Positions 20,338 to 28,717 are shown, counted from the first letter of the stretch. The stretch is 43,823 nt of DNA from a bacterium (GCA_012838555.1 DUOZ01000002.1:1-43823); one strand, 5' to 3'. Notes: a model not told the origin generated them from the letters alone. Program-made: numbers and translations.

Positions 20338-21432
20338 CTACTTCCTTTCTATATCAACTACCGAACCTTGTTCAATTAGGTAGTAAGTCGCATCTAAGAT
20401 ATTTATAAAACCTTCAATATCAGTCACATTCGCTGTTGTAATAAATACTTGCATGTCTTGACTTAATGAAGACAAGAGTCTTTTACGTTTGTTTTCATCT
20501 AAATCAGACATCATATCATCAAAAATAATAATCGGTTTTTCTCCGCTTCTTCTTTCTACTACCTTAACTAGAGATAGTTTTAAAGCAATCGCTGCTAATC
20601 TTTGTTGGCCTTGAGATCCAAACACTTGGATATCTTCACCATTAATTTTAACTTGAACATCATCAAGATGAACGCCAATTTGAGTCACTTGTTTTAAGAT
20701 ATCTTTTTCAAAGTTTTTCTCATACTTTTCATAAATATCTTTCACTGAATTAACATTAGAAAAACTCGTTTGATAATTAACATCTAATTTAAAATTATCA
20801 TCAGATAATTGTTTAAAAGTTTTACTTAATTCTTCATTTAGTTTACTAATAAACTCTTTTCGTTTGTTAATAATTAAAAAAGATTCTTCTGCTATTGCTT
20901 TCGTTAGAACTTTTAAATAAAGTTCATCAATTTTTTTTTGTTTTAAAAATTCATTTCGTTCTTTAAGTAATTTTTGATACTTGTTTAAAGAATAACAATA
21001 ACTAGGTGAGATCTTACTTAATTCACTATCAATAAAATACCGTCTTTGTGATATATCTTTGAACATCCAAACATCATTGCTAGTAAAGCAGATGGTATTT
21101 AAGATTCCAATAAAATCACTATTGCGTTCTACCTCATTCCCGTTGATAAACTTATTCTTCTCTTTAGAGGTCAATCTACAACCTAATAAGGTTTTTCTAC
21201 CGAAAGCCTCGATATTAGCCTCTATTTCGAAAAAAAGCGCGTTCTTATTAATTAAAACGCTGTCTTTATGCATACGGAATGATTTAAGTGTGGATAAGTA
21301 AGCAATTGCTTCAACTAAATTAGTTTTACCTTGTCCATTGTTACCATAAATTACATTGATTTTTTCATTAAGGTCTAGGTCTAAATTAAGATAATTTCGA
21401 TAGTTAGTTAGTCTCAGGGAGTTGATTTTCAT
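20338..21432 (-). CDS. recF: DNA replication and repair protein RecF
   Basis: Walker [10 protein letters not shown] and signature SQGQQR. The start is moved to the ATG at 21432 ([14 protein letters not shown]). It overlaps the 3' end of yaaA. Confidence 0.93.
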   Translation of the reverse strand: MKINSLRLTNYRNYLNLDLDLNEKINVIYGNNGQGKTNLVEAIAYLSTLKSFRMHKDSVLINKNALFFEIEANIEAFGRKTLLGCRLTSKEKNKFINGNEVERNSDFIGILNTICFTSNDVWMFKDISQRRYFIDSELSKISPSYCYSLNKYQKLLKERNEFLKQKKIDELYLKVLTKAIAEESFLIINKRKEFISKLNEELSKTFKQLSDDNFKLDVNYQTSFSNVNSVKDIYEKYEKNFEKDILKQVTQIGVHLDDVQVKINGEDIQVFGSQGQQRLAAIALKLSLVKVVERRSGEKPIIIFDDMMSDLDENKRKRLLSSLSQDMQVFITTANVTDIEGFINILDATYYLIEQGSVVDIERK

Positions 21433-21655
21433 CCACTTGCACCTCATAAACTACCTTATTAAATTCAACCTTATCACCGTGGTATAATTTTTTCCCGCGT
21501 CTAGTATCAACATCACCATTTATTAAAATTTGGTTTGACGCAAGAAAACTTTTAGCATCACTTCCTCGATCAATAATTCCTACTAATTTTAGGAATTGTC
21601 CGAGCTTAATATATGGGGGTTTGACGATAATGATTTTAGTCTCATTTTTCATCAT
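21404..21655 (-). CDS. yaaA: S4-domain RNA-binding protein YaaA
   Basis: Small S4-like protein in the conserved position between dnaN and recF. Confidence 0.85.
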   Translation of the reverse strand: MMKNETKIIIVKPPYIKLGQFLKLVGIIDRGSDAKSFLASNQILINGDVDTRRGKKLYHGDKVEFNKVVYEVQVDENQLPETN

Positions 21656-21694
21656 TTTTCTCCCCTTTCTTTTATATATATTCTTTACTATAAT

Positions 21695-21723
21695 ATTATA
21701 TCACAGAATAAGTCATATTTAAA
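21695..21723 (-). promoter_or_regulatory. Extended -10 promoter upstream of yaaA-recF-gyrBA
   Basis: The minus strand reads TTTAAA, a 17-nt spacer, then TGATATAAT. Confidence 0.5.
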
Positions 21724-21725
21724 GC

Positions 21726-21753
21726 AAATTAAAAGACCATCCGAGGATGATCT
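21726..21753 (-). terminator. Intrinsic terminator after dnaN
   Basis: On the minus strand, hairpin AGATCATCC-TC-GGATGGTCT (one G-U pair) is followed by TTTTAATTT. Confidence 0.65.
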
Positions 21754-21765
21754 TTTGCTTATTTT

Positions 21766-22893
21766 TTAGTAAGTTCTAACAGGTAATAATAGTTGAATAT
21801 TTGAATCGTCTTCATTGTTTTTAATAACAAATGGTTTCATATCTCCATTAAATAAAATGGTGACATTTTCAGTTCCGATTGCTCTTATAGCTTCAATTGC
21901 ATATTTAGCTGTGAACGAAATATCGAGCCGTGGTCCTTCGTAAGTAAAGGAATCGATTGTTTCTACTACTGAACCAATTTCTTGGCTCTTAGAAGAGATT
22001 TCAGCCCTTTCTGGAGTTAATGACAACTTAACGATATTGTTTCTATCAATTGATAGTAATGAAGCACGATCTATTGCAGAGATTAATACTCCTGCTAAAG
22101 TATCAAACTTTGATTCAAAAGTAGATGGAATTAATCTTGAAGTATCTGGATAAGGACTGTTATGAACTTTACTTGAAATAATCGTTCCATTTAAGTTAAA
22201 GATAACTTTACGATCACTAATATGAAGTTCAACCATACTTTCATTATCAATTAATCTTTCTACTTCAGTTAAATTTTTAGCAGGTATAGTAACGTTAAAT
22301 TCAACATTTTGTTGTAACTCAATTACTTTAGTAGCTAAACGATATGAGTCAGTTGATGTAAAATGTAATTTTTTATTTTCCGCTTTAATATTAACACCGG
22401 TTAAAATAGGTCTTGTTTCTTTATCACTAGCTGCAAAAGCAGTTTGAGATATCGCAGTTTTTAAATCATCTGAAGAAATTGTTAGAGTCACTCCTTCAGG
22501 ATTAAAATCAATATTTGGATAATCTTCCACTCTAAAGCCATTTAAATTGAAATTGGAGTTATTGTCAAATACCCTTATTAGGTTTGAGTCAATTAATTCA
22601 ATACCTACTCTTTCACTTTCAATTTTACGAATAATTTCGGTAATATATCTACCAGCAAGTAAGATTGAGCCTTCTTCAATTACATTAATGACATCTTCAT
22701 TGCCAATTGATTGTTTAATTGTAGTTGAGATAGTAATTTCACCATCTGAAGCTAATAAAGTTAATCCTTCCTTAGTTAAATCAAATTTGATACCTGATAA
22801 AGAAGGAAGTGGTGACTTTGGTGAAATGGCTCTTGATACGGTTGTTAAACCTTTTAGTAAATGTAAACGAGATATTCTCAAATTGAAACTCAT
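21766..22893 (-). CDS. dnaN: DNA polymerase III beta sliding clamp
   Basis: Typical length and position, with the conserved C-terminus ..QLLLPVRTY. Confidence 0.96.
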   Translation of the reverse strand: MSFNLRISRLHLLKGLTTVSRAISPKSPLPSLSGIKFDLTKEGLTLLASDGEITISTTIKQSIGNEDVINVIEEGSILLAGRYITEIIRKIESERVGIELIDSNLIRVFDNNSNFNLNGFRVEDYPNIDFNPEGVTLTISSDDLKTAISQTAFAASDKETRPILTGVNIKAENKKLHFTSTDSYRLATKVIELQQNVEFNVTIPAKNLTEVERLIDNESMVELHISDRKVIFNLNGTIISSKVHNSPYPDTSRLIPSTFESKFDTLAGVLISAIDRASLLSIDRNNIVKLSLTPERAEISSKSQEIGSVVETIDSFTYEGPRLDISFTAKYAIEAIRAIGTENVTILFNGDMKPFVIKNNEDDSNIQLLLPVRTY

Positions 22894-23047
22894 GACAATC
22901 TCTCCATTCTATTTCTTTATTTTTATTCTTTATTATTAATAATGATTATTATTAGGGGTGTGGAAATTGTGGATTAACCATAAATTTCCTACACCTAAAT
23001 TATATCATATTAGCCTTATTAAAAGTAGTATTTTTTTCATATTTTAT
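22894..23047. other. oriC part II (dnaA-dnaN intergenic): AT-rich unwinding region plus tandem DnaA boxes
   Basis: An AT-only stretch spans 22905-22954. It is followed by GGGG (22955-22958) and head-to-tail boxes TGTGGAAAT (22959-22967) and TGTGGATTA (22968-22976). Confidence 0.75.
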
Positions 23048-24424
23048 TTAATTTTTCAATGATTTTTTTAATTCCTCAACAGCCTTACGATATGTTTCAT
23101 CAGTTTTCAACAATTTGTCTACTTTATTGCACGAACTTATAACAGTTGAGTGATCTCGGTTTGAGAAGTTCCTTCCAATTTCCGTTAAAGAAATATTAAG
23201 TAAATTACGACAAAGATACATTGCAATATGTCTAGCAGTAGTTATATAGCTAGTTCTTATCTTACTTGTTAAGGCTTCGACTGAAATATTATAGTAAGAA
23301 GCAACAGTTCGTTTAATTTTATCAACTGTAAGTTCTTCTTTTTGACTAATTCCACTGTTTTTAAAGGCTGTTAAAGCCATTTTCATATCAATCTTTTTAT
23401 TAGGAGAATTAAAAGTAACAGAAAAGAATAAAATACGATTTAAAGCGCCTTCTAATTGTCTTACATCATTTGAGAAACTTTGAGCGATATAGTGTAAAAC
23501 CTCTTCTTCAATTGAGTTTTTATCGATACCTTGAAGTTCTAGACGTTTATGTAATATTGCTAAAGCAGTTTCAAATTCAGGTGAATCAATTCCAACACTT
23601 AAACCACTAACAAAACGACTAACTAGGCGTTCTTCTAGACCTTTTAGTTCATGTGGAGGTCTATCACTAGTTAAAACGATTTGTTTACGGTTATTTATTA
23701 AATAGTTAAATAAATGAAAGAATAATTCACTAGATTTATCTTTGTTAGCAAGGAATTGAATATCATCGATTAATAAGACGTCGATATTCTTAAATTCATC
23801 TTTGAAAACTTCAATTCCGTTATCATGAAACTTAGCACTTCTTACAAAACTTTCAACAAAGTCATTCGCCGAAATAAATAAAACTCTGATATTTCTTGGG
23901 TTTTTGACTTTTATATAATTACCAATCGCATTAAGTAAGTGCGTTTTACCCAGTCCTGTTTTACCATGAATAAACAAGGGATTAAAGAAATTACCAGGAT
24001 CCATGGCAGCTGCTAAACTTGCTGAGTGACACTCCCTATTACTAGGTCCAACAATAAAATTATCAAAAGTATAAATTGGATTTAAATTAGTAGAGAAGAA
24101 TGTCGACTTAAAAGGTGTTTCGGTAATTGTACTTAAGTCATTATTATGATTGTTTTTTAGAAGCGATTCTTCAACAATCCGGCACCTAAAATTACTTTCT
24201 GTCACCGCATTAATCTTTTCATTTATTGTATTTAGGTACTTACTATTTAAAACTTCACAAACAAATTTACCTGGGACAGAAATGATTATGGTATCGCCAT
24301 CAACGGTGTGTACTTTAGTGTTAGCAAAAAAAGTAGAAAAAATGTTGTTATCCTGGATTTCGTTTTCAATTCGGAGTAGGACGTTACTCCAAATCTCTGC
24401 CAGGCTATTAGTAGTATAGTTCAT
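23048..24424 (-). CDS. dnaA: Chromosomal replication initiator DnaA
   Basis: AAA+ Walker A GKTGLGKTH and domain IV (RDHSTV) DNA-binding signature. The N-terminus MNYTTNSLAEIWSNVL is typical. Confidence 0.98.
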   Translation of the reverse strand: MNYTTNSLAEIWSNVLLRIENEIQDNNIFSTFFANTKVHTVDGDTIIISVPGKFVCEVLNSKYLNTINEKINAVTESNFRCRIVEESLLKNNHNNDLSTITETPFKSTFFSTNLNPIYTFDNFIVGPSNRECHSASLAAAMDPGNFFNPLFIHGKTGLGKTHLLNAIGNYIKVKNPRNIRVLFISANDFVESFVRSAKFHDNGIEVFKDEFKNIDVLLIDDIQFLANKDKSSELFFHLFNYLINNRKQIVLTSDRPPHELKGLEERLVSRFVSGLSVGIDSPEFETALAILHKRLELQGIDKNSIEEEVLHYIAQSFSNDVRQLEGALNRILFFSVTFNSPNKKIDMKMALTAFKNSGISQKEELTVDKIKRTVASYYNISVEALTSKIRTSYITTARHIAMYLCRNLLNISLTEIGRNFSNRDHSTVISSCNKVDKLLKTDETYRKAVEELKKSLKN

Positions 24425-24489
24425 AATAGTCTCTCCCCACCATTACGATAATAATATATCACTAACAAAAGTACTTTTAAATATGAAAA

Positions 24490-24830
24490 TGTGGAAAACT
24501 TTTTTATAAACAGGTTTTCCACATATAAAATTCTTATATTTTTATGGGTTTTTTGAAGTTTTCCACAATATTTAAGATGTTGATAACATGTTAATAAACA
24601 TCGTTTTATACACATGTATGTTAATTGTGTTAAATATTTTAAACATTAGGTCGATATTATCAACACTGAAAAAACCTTTTAAATATTAACTTTTTTTAAT
24701 GTTTTCAACAAAAAATAAGTAGATTTCCACAACTTCTTTAAAATTTGTGGAAAAGTATAAAAAAAGGTTGATTTTAATTGATAAATCAACTCTTTTTGTG
24801 AAATTCTGCACAATTCGACATTTTTCAACA
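24490..24830. other. oriC part I: DnaA-box cluster upstream of dnaA
   Basis: TTTTCCACA or its complement occurs at 24490-24498, 24515-24523, 24559-24567 and 24746-24754. ATTTCCACA is at 24723-24731. One-mismatch variants are at 24578-24586, 24606-24614, 24657-24665, 24702-24710 and 24822-24830. Confidence 0.8.
24759..24797. terminator. Weak AT-rich hairpin, possible terminator of the parA operon
   Basis: The GTTGATTT/AAATCAAC 8-bp stem is flanked by an A-run and a T-run. It has only two GC pairs. Confidence 0.35.
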
Positions 24831-24852
24831 ATTCATGTTTTTGTTTAAAAAA

Positions 24853-24868
24853 GTTCACACGTGGAACA
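24853..24868. promoter_or_regulatory. Degenerate parS-like site
   Basis: The minus strand reads TGTTCCACGTGTGAAC. Its first 11 nt equal the Bacillus-type parS consensus TGTTNCACGTGAAACA, and the second arm is disrupted. It lies 2 nt beyond the stop of the 24871-25170 gene. Confidence 0.45.
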
Positions 24869-24870
24869 TT

Positions 24871-25170
24871 TTATTCTTTAAAAATTTCATCATATTTTTT
24901 AATGATATTTTTCTTTTTTTCCACATCTAAGGCAATTAGACGATTTAAATACTCATTAAAGCTAATTTGATTCATAAATGCTAACTTTTTAGCTTGATCA
25001 AATAAGTCAGGGTAAATTAAAAGATTAACCCTTTTTGATTTAATCGCTTCTTTAGGTGTTTCTTTAACGGGTTCTTTTATTTCTTTTTTTGGCTTTGTTT
25101 CATTATCAACACTTAAAAATCGAGAAGTAGCCATCGTACCAATATTAGAAAAATCTTTCTTATTGCTCAT
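24871..25170 (-). CDS. Small ParA-partner candidate with a C-terminal ribbon-helix-helix-like fold
   Basis: The start is moved to the ATG at 25170 (MSNKKDF), which follows SD GGAGGAG, 2 nt after the parA stop. The layout is a K/E/P-rich linker, then a strand (RVNLLIYP) and two helices (DLFDQAKKLAF / SFNEYLNRLIALD). This resembles ParG/omega/CopG-type proteins. Confidence 0.6.
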   Translation of the reverse strand: MSNKKDFSNIGTMATSRFLSVDNETKPKKEIKEPVKETPKEAIKSKRVNLLIYPDLFDQAKKLAFMNQISFNEYLNRLIALDVEKKKNIIKKYDEIFKE

Positions 25171-25171
25171 A

Positions 25172-25933
25172 TTAGTCTCCTCCAAGATATTCATCTACAA
25201 AACTTTGATAATCAACAACTGCATTATTAAGTGGTGCATAATCAAATAAATTAGTACTCTTTGTTTGAGCTTCTTTGATAACCACACTTTCTCTTATTTT
25301 ACTATCAAATACTTTTGTGTTTAATTTATTGCCAAATTCAATAATAGCATTATAAATTTCATTGTTTAAAACCGAACGATTATTCCATTTAGTGATTAAG
25401 AACCCAGCAATTTTTAGTTTTGAATTACAATATCTTTGAACAGTTCGGATTGTGTCGTTTAATTGTCCGATTCCTTGAAGTGAAAAGATATCAGTACCTA
25501 ATGGAACGATTACATCTTTCGATGCAGTAAATGCATTAATCGTTAATGTTGATAAACTAGGCGGACAATCTAAAATTACAAAATCATAATGATCTTCAAT
25601 TTCTTCTAAAGATTCTTTTAGCCGATATTCTTTACCTGTAAAGTTTAAATCTAAATCAGCCCCACTTAGTAAAATATTTGATGGAATAACATGGACATTA
25701 TCCCTACTGATTTGGATTGATTTATCAATTGGTACTTCTCTTTTTAAGACTTCATAAATCGTTGCCACATTACTAGTTCTTATTCCTTCAAAACAAAAAC
25801 TAAAATTAGCCTGAGGATCTAAATCAATCCCTAAAACACGATAACCTTTCTTCATTAATCCATACACTAAAGCATATGAAGTAGTCGTTTTACCTACCCC
25901 ACCTTTTTGATTAGCAATACTGATAACTTTCAT
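25172..25933 (-). CDS. parA: ParA/Soj-family ATPase
   Basis: Deviant Walker A KGGVGKTT. The start is moved to the ATG at 25933 (MKVISIANQKGG), which follows SD AGGGGGA. Confidence 0.93.
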   Translation of the reverse strand: MKVISIANQKGGVGKTTTSYALVYGLMKKGYRVLGIDLDPQANFSFCFEGIRTSNVATIYEVLKREVPIDKSIQISRDNVHVIPSNILLSGADLDLNFTGKEYRLKESLEEIEDHYDFVILDCPPSLSTLTINAFTASKDVIVPLGTDIFSLQGIGQLNDTIRTVQRYCNSKLKIAGFLITKWNNRSVLNNEIYNAIIEFGNKLNTKVFDSKIRESVVIKEAQTKSTNLFDYAPLNNAVVDYQSFVDEYLGGD

Positions 25934-25993
25934 CTTATTCCCCCTAATATACACACAATAAACATTTTGAACAATATATGTACTTCAAAATTA

Positions 25994-26022
25994 ATAATAA
26001 ACAACATGGAATTAATTGTCAA
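25994..26022 (-). promoter_or_regulatory. Sigma-A-type promoter of the parA operon
   Basis: The minus strand reads TTGACA, a 17-nt spacer, then TATTAT. Confidence 0.6.
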
Positions 26023-26097
26023 CAGGTGAATAAAACTATCAATCTAGATACATAATATTTAAGTAATAAAAATATATATCTAGAAAACGGTTTTTTG

Positions 26098-26126
26098 TTG
26101 ACTTATTAACTTAATGTCTATATAAT
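26098..26126 (+). promoter_or_regulatory. Consensus sigma-A promoter of rpmH
   Basis: TTGACT, a 17-nt spacer, then TATAAT. Confidence 0.8.
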
Positions 26127-26166
26127 TTATACGCGTATATTGTTTTTATCGTGGAGGTGTATATTT

Positions 26167-26301
26167 ATGAAAAGAACTTACCAGCCAAGCAAGAGAAAAC
26201 GTGTAAGAACACATGGATTCCGTGCTAGAATGGCTACACCAAATGGTCGTAAAGTTTTAGCAAGACGCCGTGCTAAAGGAAGAAAGGTACTTTCTGTTTA
26301 A
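26167..26301 (+). CDS. rpmH: 50S ribosomal protein L34
   Basis: Absent from the ORF track because it is only 44 aa. It translates to [51 protein letters not shown] is at 26153-26157. Confidence 0.97.
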   Translation: MKRTYQPSKRKRVRTHGFRARMATPNGRKVLARRRAKGRKVLSV

Positions 26302-26306
26302 CAAAA

Positions 26307-26346
26307 AACCACTAGAGTGAGCCAGAATCTTTCTAGTGGTTTTTTA
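26307..26346 (+). terminator. Intrinsic terminator after rpmH
   Basis: Hairpin AACCACTAGA/TCTAGTGGTT followed by TTTTT. Confidence 0.8.
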
Positions 26347-26358
26347 AAAATTTAAATT

Positions 26359-26703
26359 ATGAAAAAACAATATCGACTAAAACGTAATGAAGACTTCCAA
26401 AAAGTCATAAGTAAGAAAAGAAATCTGGCCAATGCTAGCTTTGCTGCTTATTTTTATCCAAATAATCTAGGTCATGCTAGAATCGGAATTAGCGTTAGTG
26501 TAAAATTAGGTAAAGCGGTAGTTAGAAATAAAATTAAACGTCAAGTTCGTATGATGGTTCTACAGGCCGTTGATTTATCTAAAAGTGCCGATTTCATCTT
26601 CATTGTAAGAAAAAGATACTTGAATAAAACATTTGAAGAAAATCTTAAAGCATTGCAAGAGTTAAGTGCTAAAATTATGTTTAAACTAGACAAAGAGGTG
26701 TAA
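26359..26703 (+). CDS. rnpA: Ribonuclease P protein component
   Basis: RLKRNEDFQKV and the RNR-motif region (VVRNKIKRQVR). Conserved position after rpmH. Confidence 0.93.
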   Translation: MKKQYRLKRNEDFQKVISKKRNLANASFAAYFYPNNLGHARIGISVSVKLGKAVVRNKIKRQVRMMVLQAVDLSKSADFIFIVRKRYLNKTFEENLKALQELSAKIMFKLDKEV

Positions 26704-26706
26704 CCA

Positions 26707-28026
26707 ATGAAAAGAATGAAAAAATATTTATTTATCTCCTTTATCTTTCTTGGACTTTTTATTCTATCATCATGTACAAGACATTTTTGTTCAGATGAAG
26801 ATAGATTAAAGATTATTGACGGTTTAACACAACAAACTTTCATTCAAGAACAAGCTGAAGCAAAAACATTAGAGTTAATGGAAAAAGAAGGGATTTCTAA
26901 TCCTACAAAGGAACATGAACTCTTTAATAAATATTATCTAGGAACTTCTGAAAGTGCTGCTGATATTAAAGCTAGAGCTGCTCTTGACATCAAAGAAATA
27001 TCAGAAGATCATCCTGATTTTGAAAGTATGTATGCTGTTGAATTTGAAAAACAATTAAATAAAATCAAAAGTGATGCTTTAGTTGGAAACAAAGAAGCTA
27101 AAAAAGAAGCTCAAGAATTAATGGGCGTACTTTATACAACAGCTTCTGAGTATTATTTTAGCCAAAACTATCCAAAAGCATGTATTGTTACTGAAGATAC
27201 TGTTGATCCAGTTAGTGGTGGATTAATTGAAGGAAAAACATGGTTTGAATCAATGAAATTTGGACCTATTGAATTCTTGTTTGTTTATCCAATTGCTTGG
27301 TTAATTATCTCAATTGCTAAATTATTCGGTAATACAGCTATTGCAGCAGTTGTTGGATTAGTTATTACAACAATTATTGTCCGTCTATTAACATTTGGAT
27401 TAACATTCAAATCAACTATCCAATCACAAAAATTGACATTAGTTCAACCAGAAATTCAAGAGTTACAACAAAAATATGGAAATAGTAATGATCCAAATAC
27501 GAAAAACATATATGCTGCCGAAATGATGAAGGTGTATAAGAAACATGGTATTAAAAACCCACTTGCACCATTACTTTCACCATTTGTAACATTGCCAATC
27601 TTTATTGCGATGTGGGGAGCAGTTAATGGTGTCTCATTACTTAGAACCGGTAATATTCTAGGATTAGAATTAGGAAGTCAATTATTCTCTAACCTAGGTA
27701 TTAATAATTTAGATAACTTTAATTTATTTGCTTGGATTATCTTATTATTCTTAATTGCTTCACAAGTTGTTTCAATGAAATTACCAGCTTGGTATAGTAA
27801 GAAAAAGAGACAAAATAATCCTAAGTTTAATAGCAAAGTTGATGAACAAAAATATAAAGCAATGCAATCATCAACAACTATGATGACTAATATGATGTTA
27901 ATCATGATTATCGGTATGGGTTTATTCTTACCTACAGCAATGTCTATTTATTGGATTTTTACTGCCTTAATGACAATTGTTCAACAAGTTGTAATTCAAA
28001 AATGGGTTTTAGGTAAAGAACAATAA
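26707..28026 (+). CDS. yidC: Membrane protein insertase YidC, lipoprotein form with a long N-terminal domain
   Basis: Lipobox LSSC at residues 20-23, an extracytoplasmic segment of about 170 aa, then the conserved YidC/Oxa1 core. Confidence 0.9.
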   Translation: MKRMKKYLFISFIFLGLFILSSCTRHFCSDEDRLKIIDGLTQQTFIQEQAEAKTLELMEKEGISNPTKEHELFNKYYLGTSESAADIKARAALDIKEISEDHPDFESMYAVEFEKQLNKIKSDALVGNKEAKKEAQELMGVLYTTASEYYFSQNYPKACIVTEDTVDPVSGGLIEGKTWFESMKFGPIEFLFVYPIAWLIISIAKLFGNTAIAAVVGLVITTIIVRLLTFGLTFKSTIQSQKLTLVQPEIQELQQKYGNSNDPNTKNIYAAEMMKVYKKHGIKNPLAPLLSPFVTLPIFIAMWGAVNGVSLLRTGNILGLELGSQLFSNLGINNLDNFNLFAWIILLFLIASQVVSMKLPAWYSKKKRQNNPKFNSKVDEQKYKAMQSSTTMMTNMMLIMIIGMGLFLPTAMSIYWIFTALMTIVQQVVIQKWVLGKEQ

Positions 28027-28050
28027 ATATTTTAGAAACGGGGTGTAAAA

Positions 28051-28653
28051 ATGAAGAATTTTGTTGGAAAACATCTAGATGATACTTTAGAAAAAGCTTC
28101 AATAGAACTTAATCTACCTAAGGAAAGTTTAAATTACTTCATCGTTGAAGAAAAGAAAACTTTATTTGGAAGAAAATTAGAAATTTGTGTTTATACACTA
28201 GCTGATGTAGTTGAATATGCAAGTCAATATTTAAAAAATGTTTTTGCTAATTATGGATTGGAAAGCGAAATCTTTGCTAGAATTGAAGATGGTATCATTC
28301 ATCTAGATATTAACACTCCACATAATGCCGTTTTAATTGGTAGAAATGGTAAAACTCTTCAAGCATTAAACGAATTAACAAAAAGCGTTGTCGGAGCATA
28401 TTTTAAACGCCGTTACCGAATTTTATTAGATATTAATAACTATAAAATTCAAAAGTATGAAAAAGTTGCTCGAATTGCTAAAAGGGTAGCAAGAGAAGTG
28501 CAAAGAAGTAAAATCTCAGCTAAACTTGATCCAATGAGTGCAGATGAACGTCGTATCGTTCACAATGCCCTAGCAGGAATGAAAAACATCAAGACTGAAT
28601 CCATTGGTCAAGGTCATAATCGTCAAGTTACTATCGTTTATGATGAGAATTAA
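28051..28653 (+). CDS. khpB: RNA-binding protein Jag/KhpB (Jag_N, KH and R3H domains)
   Basis: KH-like segment (IGRNGKTLQALN) and R3H motif (ERRIVHNAL). Conserved position after yidC. Confidence 0.9.
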   Translation: MKNFVGKHLDDTLEKASIELNLPKESLNYFIVEEKKTLFGRKLEICVYTLADVVEYASQYLKNVFANYGLESEIFARIEDGIIHLDINTPHNAVLIGRNGKTLQALNELTKSVVGAYFKRRYRILLDINNYKIQKYEKVARIAKRVAREVQRSKISAKLDPMSADERRIVHNALAGMKNIKTESIGQGHNRQVTIVYDEN

Positions 28654-28682
28654 GAAAATCTAAATCAAAAAATTAAGATTAA

Positions 28683-28717
28683 GCTTAGTTCTAATTTTAT
28701 TAGAATTAGGCTTTTTC
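28683..28717 (+). terminator. Intrinsic terminator after jag
   Basis: The 13-bp stem GCTTAGTTCTAAT/ATTAGAATTAGGC (two G-U pairs) is followed by TTTTT. Confidence 0.7.

Noticed and set aside
1311-22939. Antisense or shadow ORFs from the ORF track inside well-supported genes (1311-1511, 6349-6651, 7798-7980, 8836-9027, 12596-12814, 15531-15761, 16329-16631, 16824-17105, 17349-17546, 17842-18036, 18951-19298, 19432-19626, 21059-21301, 22547-22939).
   Set aside because: Each lies opposite to, or out of frame within, a long ORF with clear homology. They have Leu/Ile/Ser/Phe-rich low-complexity translations typical of AT-rich antisense frames, and none has an SD.
24421-24615. 64-aa minus-strand ORF upstream of dnaA.
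   Set aside because: It spans the DnaA-box cluster of oriC and overlaps the dnaA start. It is an artefact of a long stop-free stretch.
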